Shown: positions 31,500-41,221 of the stretch, in pieces | Numbering within the stretch: the stretch's first letter is position 1 | Layout of the letters: the number at the start of each line of letters is the position of its first letter | From: Agreia sp. | GTDB lineage: Bacteria; Actinomycetota; Actinomycetes; Actinomycetales; Microbacteriaceae | Assembly: GCA_040398585.1 (NCBI GenBank) | Contig: JBBATW010000003.1 | Coordinates: 14,670-78,669, forward strand | Length of the DNA stretch: 64,000 nucleotides | Reading direction: 5' to 3' | The notes under the pieces: generated by a model | Told to the model about the DNA's origin: nothing | Database searches by the model: none | The model's input: the letters and a program-made list of their open reading frames with translations, nothing else | Made by a program: the position numbers and the translations under genes

Positions 31500-31644
31500 T
31501 GTCCTCCTGTGGAGTGGGGTGACGAGCGCCGAGCGCCCCATCAGACGGATGGGTCACAGTGAGCCGAACAGCCTGACATTGTCAGGGTCGACACGGTGGG
31601 CTGACGCTAGTGCCCGGTGTGCGCTAAGTCTACGCGAGAAAAAG

Positions 31645-32001
31645 CTAGCGACCGCCGGCCGTGCGCTCCTCGTGCACATCGACCCGAATTCGGAGTCCGG
31701 CCACGACGAAGACGACTGCCGCAAGAATATGGGCGAACTGCCAGGGCAGGATCTCTAGATCTATGGGCACGATCGGATTCCAGAGGATCGCGATCGGCGC
31801 CAGCCCGATTATCCACCACCACTGCTTGGCCTGAATGGCGAAGACGGCCACGATCACCGCGAGGATACTGATGGCGTACCGGAACACGATGAACCAGTCG
31901 GTGCCGATGAGCGCGACGCCCGTGAGCAACAGGATGCCGGCGAGCAGTCCCGGCACGAGGGCGAGACGGGCGTTGGTATTGGTGGGATAGCGCTGAGTCA
32001 T
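31645..32001 (-). CDS. Small 4-TM membrane protein (hypothetical)
   Basis: 118 aa, four hydrophobic helices, no recognisable motif. Confidence 0.5.
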   Translation of the reverse strand: MTQRYPTNTNARLALVPGLLAGILLLTGVALIGTDWFIVFRYAISILAVIVAVFAIQAKQWWWIIGLAPIAILWNPIVPIDLEILPWQFAHILAAVVFVVAGLRIRVDVHEERTAGGR

Positions 32002-32014
32002 TGCAGTGATCAGT

Positions 32015-33511
32015 CTAGATGCGCGCGGGCTCGTCGTTGGCCTCGACCAGTGCCGTTGCGACGATTCTGTTGGCCATGCCGTTGAAGATCACACCGTGAA
32101 AAGGCAGGATCGCAAACCAGTAAAGTCGGCCGCCCAGCCCCGTGGGGAAGAAGATGGCCCGCTGGGTATAGTACGAGCCACCACCCGGTGCAGGCTTCGC
32201 CGACATCTCGAGCCACGCCCGCCCCGGCACCACCATCTCGGCGCGCAGGCGCAGCATGCTGCCGCGCTCGATCGCTTCGACGCGCCAGAAGTCGAGCGCG
32301 TCACCCATGTGCAACTCGTCGGCGTTGCGTCGGCCACGGCGAAGCCCTACTCCCCCCACCAGCTTGTCTGCCCAGCCGCGAACCGCCCACGCGAGCGGGA
32401 ACGAGTACCAGCCATTCTCGCCGCCGATGCCCTCGATGACCCGCCACAGCTGCTCGGGCTCGGCCGGTGTGCGGCGTTCCTTGATGTCTAGGTACACGGT
32501 GTGTCCTGTCCAGTCTGGGTCGCTCGGCAGGGGATCGCTTGCGGCGCCCTCGACCGCGCTGTTCTGCCAGCTCGTCTCGATCGCGCCATCGCGCATCTTG
32601 CCCAGTGCAAGCCGAACGGCCCGACGATAGGGCGTGAGCCCGCCCTCGGGGTCAGCAATCAGGCTCCGGATGTCTTGCTCGTTGGCCACACAGTCGAACT
32701 GGAGTGACGCGATGATGGGTATCGCCAGGGCCCGGGGAATCGGCGTTACCAGGTTGACCCACTGGGAGGCCAGCCACGGCGTCATCACGGGCAGGGAAGC
32801 GATCGGGCGCTGCCTGAGCCCCGCCTCCAGTGCATAGCCATTCATCATCTGGCCGTACCGCAGTACGTCTGGTCCCCCGATGTCGAACGTACGATTCACC
32901 TCGGGCGCCAGGTCGGCGCAATGGATCAGATAGTGAAGCACGTCACGCACCGCGATGGGCTGAATGAAATTGCGTACCCACTTGGGTGCCGGCATATAGG
33001 GCAGCACGTCAGTGAGGTGGCGAACCATCTCGAACGACGTCGACCCGCTGCCGATCACGACGCCGGCCTGCAGGGCCGCTGTGGGAACGCCGGAGGCCAT
33101 CAGGATCTCCCCCACGTGCTTGCGGCTCTCCAGATGCTCGGAAAGCTTTCCGGTCGCCGGGTGCAGGCCACCGAGATAGACGATTCGAGCGATCCCCGCG
33201 GCCGCGGCGGCCTCGGCCACGTTCGTGGCGGCCGTGCCCTCGGTCTCGGCGAAGTGGCCCTTGCCTCCCATCGAGTGCACGAGGTAGTAGAGAACATCCA
33301 CGCCCGCGCAGGCGCCGGCGAGCGATTCGGCGACGCCGAGATCACCCCGCGCGACCTCGACCTCGTGCACCCAGGGCACATCCCGCAGCTTCTCAGGGTC
33401 GCGAACGAGTACGCGAACGGCAAAACCGGCTTCGAGCAGGCGCGGCACCAGCCGACCCCCGATGTAGCCCGTCGCACCCGTGACAAGGGCGAGTCTCTGT
33501 GCATCTGACAT
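32015..33511 (-). CDS. NAD(P)-binding SDR-family protein fused to a DUF2867-like C-terminal domain
   Basis: ALVTGATGYIGGRLVPRLLEAG Rossmann motif, with a ~170-aa C-terminal extension. The DUF2867 assignment is from memory of the typical fusion. Confidence 0.7.
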   Translation of the reverse strand: MSDAQRLALVTGATGYIGGRLVPRLLEAGFAVRVLVRDPEKLRDVPWVHEVEVARGDLGVAESLAGACAGVDVLYYLVHSMGGKGHFAETEGTAATNVAEAAAAAGIARIVYLGGLHPATGKLSEHLESRKHVGEILMASGVPTAALQAGVVIGSGSTSFEMVRHLTDVLPYMPAPKWVRNFIQPIAVRDVLHYLIHCADLAPEVNRTFDIGGPDVLRYGQMMNGYALEAGLRQRPIASLPVMTPWLASQWVNLVTPIPRALAIPIIASLQFDCVANEQDIRSLIADPEGGLTPYRRAVRLALGKMRDGAIETSWQNSAVEGAASDPLPSDPDWTGHTVYLDIKERRTPAEPEQLWRVIEGIGGENGWYSFPLAWAVRGWADKLVGGVGLRRGRRNADELHMGDALDFWRVEAIERGSMLRLRAEMVVPGRAWLEMSAKPAPGGGSYYTQRAIFFPTGLGGRLYWFAILPFHGVIFNGMANRIVATALVEANDEPARI

Positions 33512-33577
33512 ACCGCAAGGCTACGTCGACCAGCCGAGAATCAGATGCACCGCACCGCGCGGCCCTAGGCTGGACTG

Positions 33578-34552
33578 GTGCTTACGGAATCCACACTCCC
33601 ACAGTCGAGCCGTGATGCGCTGATCAGGTGTTTCGTTCTCGCCGTCGACTTCGGCGGAACCAAGGTCGAAGCGGCGCTGGTCGACTCCGACGGCGTTGTG
33701 TTCCGAGGGTCCCGATTCCGCTCGCCGACGGGCGTCAATTCCTCCAGCGGCGCGTTGGCCCTGGCAGTCACCCAGGTTGTCGAACAGGCTCTCGGGGCCA
33801 TGCCAGACGCCGCCGCGCTTACCGGAATAGGCGTGGGCAGTGCAGGCCCGATCGACCTGGCCAACGGTCTCGTCTCCCCGGTCAACCTCACCATCTGGCA
33901 GGACTTTCCGCTCCGAGACCTGGTGGAGCAGGTCGCTGCTCGTCTCGGTCATCCAGCGCCCGCAACCCTGCGGCTGGACGGCCTCTGCATCACACTTGCC
34001 GAGAACTGGGTAGGGGCCGCTCGCGGCTTCAGCAACGTTCTGGGAATGATCGTGTCTACGGGGATTGGCGGCGGTCTCATTCTCGACGGTCGCGTCGCCT
34101 CCGGCGCCAGCGGGAACGCAGGCCACATAGGCCAGATCGAGATCCCCGGTTTCACAGAAGCCACAGCCCCGTGCACGCTCGAAGACATCGCCAGCGGGCC
34201 GAATGTGGTCGCCTGGGCTCAGGCAGAGGGATGGAACGGGGCCACCGGTGAAGACCTCTCCCTGTCTTATTCTGCCGGTGACGATATCGCGGTCGCGGCC
34301 GTGAACCGGTGCGGTTCGGCGCTCGGCCGGGCCATCGCATCCGTCGGGGCCCTGCTTGATATTGAGGTCGTGGTCATTGGCGGCGGATTCGCGCGGGTCA
34401 CGCCCGACCTGTTCGGCATCATCCGAACATCGATCGATCGCTACGCCCGCTTCGAATACGCCCGCCGGGTCACGCTCGCCCCAACGGGACTCGAAACCGA
34501 CGGACCCATCATCGGGGCGGCCGCCCTCGTATGGCGCGGCAACTCGATCTAG
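33578..34552 (+). CDS. ROK family protein (sugar kinase or regulator-like kinase fold)
   Basis: LAVDFGGTKVEAALVD (phosphate-1), VGSAGPID, IVSTGIGGGLILDG. The Cys-rich zinc motif of ROK glucokinases is not evident. Confidence 0.8.
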   Translation: MLTESTLPQSSRDALIRCFVLAVDFGGTKVEAALVDSDGVVFRGSRFRSPTGVNSSSGALALAVTQVVEQALGAMPDAAALTGIGVGSAGPIDLANGLVSPVNLTIWQDFPLRDLVEQVAARLGHPAPATLRLDGLCITLAENWVGAARGFSNVLGMIVSTGIGGGLILDGRVASGASGNAGHIGQIEIPGFTEATAPCTLEDIASGPNVVAWAQAEGWNGATGEDLSLSYSAGDDIAVAAVNRCGSALGRAIASVGALLDIEVVVIGGGFARVTPDLFGIIRTSIDRYARFEYARRVTLAPTGLETDGPIIGAAALVWRGNSI

Positions 34553-34576
34553 TCCGAGCCGGGAAGAACCGTGTCC

Positions 34577-35812
34577 TTATGCCGATGAAGGGCGTGACCA
34601 GTCGTCTTCCAACATCCGTGGCCGCGATACGACCAGCCCCGCCACGACGATCGAGAGGGCACTGACGAGGAGGAACACAATAGGCAGGGTCCAGTCGCCG
34701 GACAATTCGTGCAGGACTCCCAGCACCAGGGGTCCGAGAGCTGCAAGTCCATAGCCGACGCCCTGCACGAACCCGCTCAGGGCGACGGCACCCTCGTGCG
34801 TTCGCGTACGCATGTTGATCAGCACGAGGCTGAGCGGGAAGAGCAACGGGCCGAGGCCGGCGAGGGCGACCCAGAGCCAGGTGAGGGTAGCCGGGGCAAG
34901 AAGCAGGCCCAGGTAGCCGAGAACATAAAAGACAACCCCGGCGTAGATCAATACTCCGACGTTGCGCATTCGCCCGGCCAGAAGCGGGATCAGCAGGGCA
35001 ACTGGAAGCCCAACCCCCGCGTAGAGCGCAAGCAACGCGCCTGCCTCCGCGGCCGAGGTCGAAGTCGTGTCGGCAAGAATCGCGGGAAGCCAGGCGAACA
35101 TCGAATAGGCGTTGAGCCCGGTCAGGGCGAACACGAGCATCAACGACCAGGCGATCGTGGAGTGCCAAACCCGACCTAGGATCTCGGGCTCGGCCTCCTC
35201 AGCCGCCACGTCGTTGGTGGCCGAGAGCCTCGTTTGATTCGAGATGATGATCGCCAGCCACGGCAGGATGCTCAGCAGCGCAAAAACGCCCCAGACCCCA
35301 ACAGAGAGCCGCCATCCCGCCGCCATCGTCAGCGGCACCGCGAACAGCGGCGGAAGGGTGGCGCCAACGGCCATCGACGTAGCGTATAGCGAGGTCAACA
35401 GACCTATTCGATCAGGGAAGTACTTCTTCACCAGGGGCGGCAGCAACACGTTCGCCACTCCCATCCCGGCGAAGGCAAGGGCACTGGCCCCCGACAGGAC
35501 GCTGAAGTTATCGGCCAGCGAGCGAATCACATGCCCCAGCAGCATCGCGATTAGTGCCGCAACGAGAATGCGCTCGAGCCCGAACCGACGGTGCAGCATG
35601 GGTGCCGTTATCCCGAAAATGGTGAAGCAGACAGGTGGCAGCATGCCAAGCACCCCGATGGAGAGGCTTCCCAGCGGCACATCAACGCTGACCTCCGCAA
35701 AGATCGGCGACAGTGCCGCCACAGCGGTTCGAAGGTTCAAGCCGACCAACAGAATGCCCCCGAGGGCAAGGGCCCGACCTCCCCAGAGGGGCACGGTCGC
35801 GATAGCTGTCAC
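34577..35812 (-). CDS. MFS transporter (CynX/NimT-like)
   Basis: 411 aa, about 12 TM helices. The N-terminal LGGILLVGLNLRTAVAALSP is typical of the CynX-type subfamily. Confidence 0.8.
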   Translation of the reverse strand: MTAIATVPLWGGRALALGGILLVGLNLRTAVAALSPIFAEVSVDVPLGSLSIGVLGMLPPVCFTIFGITAPMLHRRFGLERILVAALIAMLLGHVIRSLADNFSVLSGASALAFAGMGVANVLLPPLVKKYFPDRIGLLTSLYATSMAVGATLPPLFAVPLTMAAGWRLSVGVWGVFALLSILPWLAIIISNQTRLSATNDVAAEEAEPEILGRVWHSTIAWSLMLVFALTGLNAYSMFAWLPAILADTTSTSAAEAGALLALYAGVGLPVALLIPLLAGRMRNVGVLIYAGVVFYVLGYLGLLLAPATLTWLWVALAGLGPLLFPLSLVLINMRTRTHEGAVALSGFVQGVGYGLAALGPLVLGVLHELSGDWTLPIVFLLVSALSIVVAGLVVSRPRMLEDDWSRPSSA

Positions 35813-35841
35813 CTCCTGAGTTTAGGCGACGGCTGGGGCCT

Positions 35842-36768
35842 TCAGAGCAGGCCCCGCACCTGCATCACGTCATCGGCCATCTGGGCGATCAGCGGGGCAA
35901 CGCCCTCATATTTGACCATTCCTCGGATGCGGGCAACGAACTCGACATCGACGTTGTGGCCGTAGAGATCGAGGTCTTGATCGAGGAGGAAGGCCTCCAC
36001 CTGCTTGGGTCGCACCCCGTCGAAAGTGGGGTTGCTGCCCACAGAGATGGCCGCGGGGTAGCGCACGGAACCGTCGATGAACCAGCCCGCGTAGACGCCG
36101 TCGGCCGGAATCAGCCCCTGCGACTCGGGCGAGAGGTTCGCGGTGGGAAAGCCGAGCTCCCGGCCGCGCTTGGCGCCGTGCACAACCACGCCGCGGACCG
36201 TTGGGATGTGCCCCAGCAGCTCGCCCGCACGCGCTACGTCCCCCTCATGCAGGAGTCCGCGAATCCGCGTGGAAGAGACCCGGTGCTGCCCATCGGGCAT
36301 CACATCGTCAATCAGCGTGACCGTGAAGCCGAACCCCACACCGAGAAGACGGAGGGTCTCCACAGTGCCGACGCCGCCCGCGCCGAAGCGAAAGTCCTGC
36401 CCCACCAGGACGGTGGCGGCGTGCAGCGAATCCACTAGGAACTCCTTGATGAATTCCGCCGGCGGCAGTGCAGCCAGACGCGCGTCGAAAGGAACGATAA
36501 GGACCGCGTCGAGACCTGTCTCACTCAGGAGCTCTAACTTCTGCTCGATGCTGATCAGGTTCGGCGGGCAGATCTCGGGCCGCAGCAGCGCCAGTGGGTT
36601 GCGATCGAACGTCACCGCCACCGCGGGCATCTCCTGCGCACGAGCAACCGTGACCAGCTGGCTGATGACTGCTCGATGCCCGAGATGAACGCCATCGAAC
36701 TTGCCGACCGTCACGACGGACGCGGTGAATTCACCCGCCGCAGCGGCTGCAGAGGTGAAGATCCTCAC
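35842..36768 (-). CDS. ribF: Bifunctional riboflavin kinase / FMN adenylyltransferase
   Basis: VTVGKFDGVHLGHRAV at the N-terminus. The C-terminal kinase domain has GFPTANL and PTFDG...EAFLLDQDLDLYG. Confidence 0.92.
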   Translation of the reverse strand: MRIFTSAAAAAGEFTASVVTVGKFDGVHLGHRAVISQLVTVARAQEMPAVAVTFDRNPLALLRPEICPPNLISIEQKLELLSETGLDAVLIVPFDARLAALPPAEFIKEFLVDSLHAATVLVGQDFRFGAGGVGTVETLRLLGVGFGFTVTLIDDVMPDGQHRVSSTRIRGLLHEGDVARAGELLGHIPTVRGVVVHGAKRGRELGFPTANLSPESQGLIPADGVYAGWFIDGSVRYPAAISVGSNPTFDGVRPKQVEAFLLDQDLDLYGHNVDVEFVARIRGMVKYEGVAPLIAQMADDVMQVRGLL

Positions 36769-37184
36769 GAGGCGAGCCCGCGACGGCGCCGAAGCCAGAT
36801 CATGCCGAGAACAGGCAGCACCAGTGGAATGAAGAGATAGCCGATTCCGAAGTCAGACCAGACCGACGGATGGGAAAAGAGGTCGGGGTGGGTAAGGCTG
36901 AGGGTGCCCACCGTGAGAACACCGACTAGTTCGAAGGTGATCGTGACCCAGGCGACGCGGTACCACACCGGACCGGGAGCGATCAGGGCGATCGTCGCCA
37001 CGATGTAGACGACCGCGGCCAGAGCGGAAAGGCTGTAAGCCACAGGTGCCTCGCCGAACCTGCCCACGACCTGAACGAAGCTGCGCCCCGTGGCACCGAG
37101 GGCGAGGATTCCGTAGACAACGACAAGGACTCGGCCGATGCCGGAGATCCGGGGGCGGCGAAGGGAAGAGGTAGGCTCCTGCAT
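36765..37184 (-). CDS. Hypothetical 4-TM membrane protein
   Basis: 139 aa and hydrophobic. Its stop overlaps the ribF start. Confidence 0.5.
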   Translation of the reverse strand: MQEPTSSLRRPRISGIGRVLVVVYGILALGATGRSFVQVVGRFGEAPVAYSLSALAAVVYIVATIALIAPGPVWYRVAWVTITFELVGVLTVGTLSLTHPDLFSHPSVWSDFGIGYLFIPLVLPVLGMIWLRRRRGLAS

Positions 37185-37230
37185 ATCGCTCTAATTCTAC
37201 CGTCTGCGATCGCCGCTCCCCAGCACTCGC

Positions 37231-37599
37231 CTAGGCTGTCGGCGCCAACCAGATGACATTCATTCGAAACACCATCACCGCGACGGCAAGGCAGATCACG
37301 CCGACGATCACAGTGCTCCATCTCGTGCGCTCGATCAGGGCCCAGAACCCAGCTACAAGCGGCAGCAGAATGGCTGACACGAGGTACACGTAGAACTCCA
37401 ACGGGTCACCGACGGGCGAGTTGCCGACGGTCGGCGCCACTATGGACACGACCAGCTGGGCGACAAGCAGGACCTCGACCAGCGCGAGCGCGCCCAACAC
37501 GAGGTCGGAGGGCTTTCGGCCCAAGAGTCCCACTACGACGCAGACGACGCCGGCCATTACGGCGACTCCGATCTGCAGCCAACTGAACCACTCGATCAT
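37231..37599 (-). CDS. Hypothetical 4-TM membrane protein
   Basis: 122 aa and hydrophobic. Its start overlaps the truB stop (37596-37599). Confidence 0.5.
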   Translation of the reverse strand: MIEWFSWLQIGVAVMAGVVCVVVGLLGRKPSDLVLGALALVEVLLVAQLVVSIVAPTVGNSPVGDPLEFYVYLVSAILLPLVAGFWALIERTRWSTVIVGVICLAVAVMVFRMNVIWLAPTA

Positions 37600-38534
37600 C
37601 TGGCGTCCTCCGGAAAATTAATGAGTGTCCGAGCGACTCCATCGGCCACCGATACGAGCCCGATCAACCGGTCGTCCGGGGACACTGCGGCAACCTGTTC
37701 TGCGTTGGGCCGGCCAGGTACTTCGATCCGCTTGCCATGCCCTAGGTCAACCGTCTGCCCGGCATCCAACCGCAGCACGTCAAACAGCAGCTCGACCACC
37801 GACACCGGGGACAGGAGCTGGGCCTCGACATCAAGGTCGTCAGGGGTGGCGGCGGTCGCGGTGCTGAACGGGCCGATCCGGGTTCGCCGAAGCGCAGTGA
37901 GATGCCCGCCCACGCCCAGTCCTGCCCCGAGATCGCGGGCAAGCGCTCGGATGTACGTTCCAGAGGAGCATACAACCCGCACATCGACGTCGATGAAGGG
38001 TGCACCCGCAGCGGATTCGCCCGTCGTCCGTGCCAGGATCTCAAACTCCGAAACGGTCACGGGTCGGGATTTCAGCTCCACCTCGACCCCTTCTCTGACC
38101 AGGTCATAGGCCCGTCTTCCATTTACCTTGATTGCGCTTACCGAGCTGGGCGTCTGCACGATGTGGCCCGTCAACTGCGCAATGCCGGCCCCGAGAGCCT
38201 CGGGCGTGATCGAGGAAAGCATCTCCTGCGGTGCCCTGCCAAGCACCTCTCCCTCGGCATCGTCGGTGGTTGTGGACTGCCCCAGCCGAATGGTTGCGAA
38301 GTATTCTTTGTCGGCGCCCACGATATAGGTCAGCAACCTGGTGGATCCGTTCAGCCCGAGCACAAGCAGCCCCGTGGCCATCGGATCCAGCGTTCCGGCA
38401 TGGCCCACCTTCCGGGTTCCAGCCCTGCGGCGGGTGATGGCTACGACATCGTGGCTGGTCATACCCTGGGGCTTGTCCAGAAGAAGAATGCCGCTTCGCT
38501 TGAACGAGTGCGGTGCGGGAAGCGTAGTTGACAC
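37596..38534 (-). CDS. truB: tRNA pseudouridine(55) synthase
   Basis: GILLLDKPQGMTSHDVV and KVGHAGTLDPMATGLLVLG (catalytic Asp motif). Confidence 0.93.
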   Translation of the reverse strand: MSTTLPAPHSFKRSGILLLDKPQGMTSHDVVAITRRRAGTRKVGHAGTLDPMATGLLVLGLNGSTRLLTYIVGADKEYFATIRLGQSTTTDDAEGEVLGRAPQEMLSSITPEALGAGIAQLTGHIVQTPSSVSAIKVNGRRAYDLVREGVEVELKSRPVTVSEFEILARTTGESAAGAPFIDVDVRVVCSSGTYIRALARDLGAGLGVGGHLTALRRTRIGPFSTATAATPDDLDVEAQLLSPVSVVELLFDVLRLDAGQTVDLGHGKRIEVPGRPNAEQVAAVSPDDRLIGLVSVADGVARTLINFPEDAR

Positions 38535-38549
38535 GCCCGCAAGTTTAGA

Positions 38550-39164
38550 TCAACAGAAGTCGGCCAGAACACGACGGGGCGCGCGAGAATCGCGGGTATC
38601 TACGATTGCCGTCGCGGCGACGCGGGGCTCGTTCGAATCGACATACCTTTCCCATGCGGACTCGATCCCTCTCGGCTGCTCCCCGATCGGGGCCTCAATG
38701 AAGATGAGGTAGTTGAAGAGCCCCCGCAACTCCGGCACCGCCAGTGGAGGGCCGGCGAGCAACAGAACGGCGTCGGGTGCGGCAGTGATCCAGCGGGATT
38801 CGTAGGGTGTGTTGCTGGCCGCATCGAAGGCCGCAAGCACGAAACCCGCACTGCCACCGAGACGGAACGGCTCCACCAACACCCGGCGAAGCGTCACCAC
38901 GTCGTAACGCGTCAGCGCGAACCGCTCAGGCACAACGCTCGCAGGCTGCTGCCCCACCAGACGGGGCCGCTGGAAATCAGCCAGCGAAGCTTGGAATACC
39001 GCTTGGCCGCGGCGCTCGAAGGCGGCGGCGAGTCCCACACTGAACCCTTGGGTGTCGGCGAAGCCGTCAATACCGACGATGGGCCGTCCCCGACCGTAGT
39101 TCTGCGCGATCTCCGCAGCCTGGGCATCGAAGAAATGGCTCGTAGCCAACGATTCAGCAGTCAT
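38550..39164 (-). CDS. Uridine-kinase-like fold protein with a degenerate P-loop (hypothetical)
   Basis: RPIVGIDGFADTQGFSVGLAAAF aligns by eye with the vvgIdGxsGSGKST...la start of uridine/pantothenate-type kinases. The GxxGxGK[ST] residues are absent. Confidence 0.4.
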   Translation of the reverse strand: MTAESLATSHFFDAQAAEIAQNYGRGRPIVGIDGFADTQGFSVGLAAAFERRGQAVFQASLADFQRPRLVGQQPASVVPERFALTRYDVVTLRRVLVEPFRLGGSAGFVLAAFDAASNTPYESRWITAAPDAVLLLAGPPLAVPELRGLFNYLIFIEAPIGEQPRGIESAWERYVDSNEPRVAATAIVDTRDSRAPRRVLADFC

Positions 39165-39187
39165 GATTACCAGCCTAGGCTTGAACG

Positions 39188-40093
39188 GTGAACGAAGGCC
39201 GCACAGACCATCCCCGGGTGCCCACCCCTGCCTATTCCTCGCTCTTGATCGACTGGTTCGCCGTGTCCGGCCGCGACCTGCCCTGGCGCGCGGCCGGGTT
39301 CAGCCCGTGGGGAACCCTCGTCAGTGAGTTCATGCTGCAACAGACCCCCGTTGCCCGGGTAATACCGCGCCTCACGGAATGGCTGACACGCTGGCCCACC
39401 CCCGCTGACCTCGCCGCGTCGCCTTCCGGCGACGCGGTCCGCGCCTGGCAGTCACTCGGATACCCGCGCCGGGCCCTGTACCTTCACGCCTGCGCCGTGA
39501 CCATCACCGAGCGCCACGGCGGAATCGTGCCCAGCGATGTCGCCGAACTGCTGGCGCTGCCCGGCGTCGGGGACTACACGGCGCGCGCGGTCGCCAGCTT
39601 CGCCTACGGCCAGCGCCATCCGGTTGTCGATACAAATACCCGCCGGGTGATCGCCCGCTCGGTGACCGGGCTTGCCGACGCGGCGCCGCCCAGCGTTCGG
39701 CGTGACCTCGCGGCCATGACCGAGCTTCTGCCCGAGGGCCTCCAGGACGCGCACGACTTCAACGCCGCCATCATGGAACTCGGGGCCGTTCTCTGCACCG
39801 CCCGGCGCCCCGAGTGCGACATCTGCCCAATCGCTCATCTCTGCGCGTGGAAAGCTCTGGGCTTTCCCCAAACGGATGCGCCGAGAAAGCAGGTGCAGAA
39901 GAAATTCGAGGGTAGCGACCGCCAGGTTCGAGGCCTTATTCTGGCAGCACTTCGCTCGTCGCCCGACCCGGTTCCGGCCGCCATCGTGGACCTCGTCTGG
40001 CCCGAGGCCCGTCAACGAGAACGCGCCCTGGCCGGACTGCTCACCGATGGCCTCGTCGTCGCCACCGGCGGATGCTTCGCGCTGCCATCCTGA
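39188..40093 (+). CDS. mutY: A/G-specific adenine DNA glycosylase
   Basis: HhH-GPD region (LLALPGVGDYTARAV...VVDTNTRRV) and the 4Fe-4S cluster loop CTARRPECDICPIAHLC. Confidence 0.85.
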   Translation: MNEGRTDHPRVPTPAYSSLLIDWFAVSGRDLPWRAAGFSPWGTLVSEFMLQQTPVARVIPRLTEWLTRWPTPADLAASPSGDAVRAWQSLGYPRRALYLHACAVTITERHGGIVPSDVAELLALPGVGDYTARAVASFAYGQRHPVVDTNTRRVIARSVTGLADAAPPSVRRDLAAMTELLPEGLQDAHDFNAAIMELGAVLCTARRPECDICPIAHLCAWKALGFPQTDAPRKQVQKKFEGSDRQVRGLILAALRSSPDPVPAAIVDLVWPEARQRERALAGLLTDGLVVATGGCFALPS

Positions 40094-40139
40094 TTCAGGG
40101 CAGCCCGGCCCGGCAGCGAAGCGCCGTAGGCTTTGTGGA

Positions 40140-41141
40140 ATGCGAATAGCGGTCATCGGGGCAGGCGCCATCGGCGGAACCATCGCGGCGCTCATGGCCG
40201 GCGCTGGCCACGACGTGTCAGTCGTGGCGCGAGGCCGCCAACTCCACGTGCTCAGCCAGCAGGGCCTTCATCTCACCGGGCCCTTCGGCTCGTTTTCCGC
40301 ACCCATAACGGCCATCCCATTTCTTTCGGAGACACCTGACGTCGCCTTCGTCTGCACGAAGGCGCAGGACGCTCGAGAGGCAATCGACTCGCAGGCCGAA
40401 TACCTGAGGAACATCCCGGTGGTGATCGTGCAGAACGGAATCGAGGGCCTCGCCGCCGCCCAGGAGCAGCTCCCCGACTCGGAGGCTATCGGTGCCCTTG
40501 CCGTTTTCGCGGCCAGCTATCTTGAACCGGGCACGGTGACCGCGACCGCCGGAGGGCCGACTTTCCTGGGCTCCGGCAGCGCTGAACCCAGCGCCAGTGC
40601 CCTGCGGCTGGCAGCCGTGATGAACAGCGTCATGCCCGCCCGGGCGGTGGCGAATTTCACGGGTGCGCAGTGGACCAAGCTCATTGTCAACCAGGTCAAT
40701 GCGCTGCCGGCGATCACGGGCTTGAGCGCCCAGGAGTGCATCCGGCACCGGATTCTCGGTCCAATTCTTTGCGCTGGTATGCGTGAGGCCGTGCGCATAG
40801 GTCTCCTGAGCGGCATTCAGTTCGGCTCGATCATGGGGCTCAGCCACGAGCTCCTCCGCCTCTTTGCCGCGAGTCCACTCGTACTCGGCAGGCTGCTTCC
40901 CCTGGGCATGGCCAAACAGATGGGCTCGGTGCCCAACCCCGGATCGACCCTGCAGAGCATTCGCCGAGGCCAGCGTACGGAGATCGATTATCTGAATGGT
41001 GCGGTCGTAAACGCGGCAGCGGCTCTTGGCCGACGGGCCCCGATCAACGAAACACTGACCGCCCTTGTTCATCTGGTCGAGACCGCGGGCGTATTCCTGT
41101 CTCCCGCCACCGTTAACCACACCGTCAATCTGGCCCGCTGA
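40140..41141 (+). CDS. panE: 2-dehydropantoate 2-reductase (ketopantoate reductase family)
   Basis: MRIAVIGAGAIGGTIAALMAGAGHDV Rossmann start, plus a C-terminal ApbA domain (STLQSIRRGQRTEIDYLNG). ORF 39876.. was trimmed because its first 88 codons overlap mutY out of frame. Confidence 0.8.
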   Translation: MRIAVIGAGAIGGTIAALMAGAGHDVSVVARGRQLHVLSQQGLHLTGPFGSFSAPITAIPFLSETPDVAFVCTKAQDAREAIDSQAEYLRNIPVVIVQNGIEGLAAAQEQLPDSEAIGALAVFAASYLEPGTVTATAGGPTFLGSGSAEPSASALRLAAVMNSVMPARAVANFTGAQWTKLIVNQVNALPAITGLSAQECIRHRILGPILCAGMREAVRIGLLSGIQFGSIMGLSHELLRLFAASPLVLGRLLPLGMAKQMGSVPNPGSTLQSIRRGQRTEIDYLNGAVVNAAAALGRRAPINETLTALVHLVETAGVFLSPATVNHTVNLAR

Positions 41142-41160
41142 CACCCTCACGCCGATAAAC

Positions 41161-41198
41161 AGCAAGGTCCGCCGTGCCGAGGCACTGCGGACCTTGCT
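41161..41198. terminator. Hairpin between convergent panE and rbfA
   Basis: agcaaggtccgc-(14 nt)-gcggaccttgct, a perfect 12-bp stem. Confidence 0.65.
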
Positions 41199-41221
41199 CT
41201 TGAACGCCGCGAAGGAGAGAC

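Noticed and set aside
33521-34126. 201-aa minus-strand ORF opposite the ROK gene
   Set aside because: Antisense shadow. The ROK motifs on the plus strand are clear.
39876-40139. Upstream extension of the panE ORF
   Set aside because: It overlaps the mutY 3' end in another frame. The Rossmann fold begins right at MRIAVIGAGAIGG (ATG 40140).
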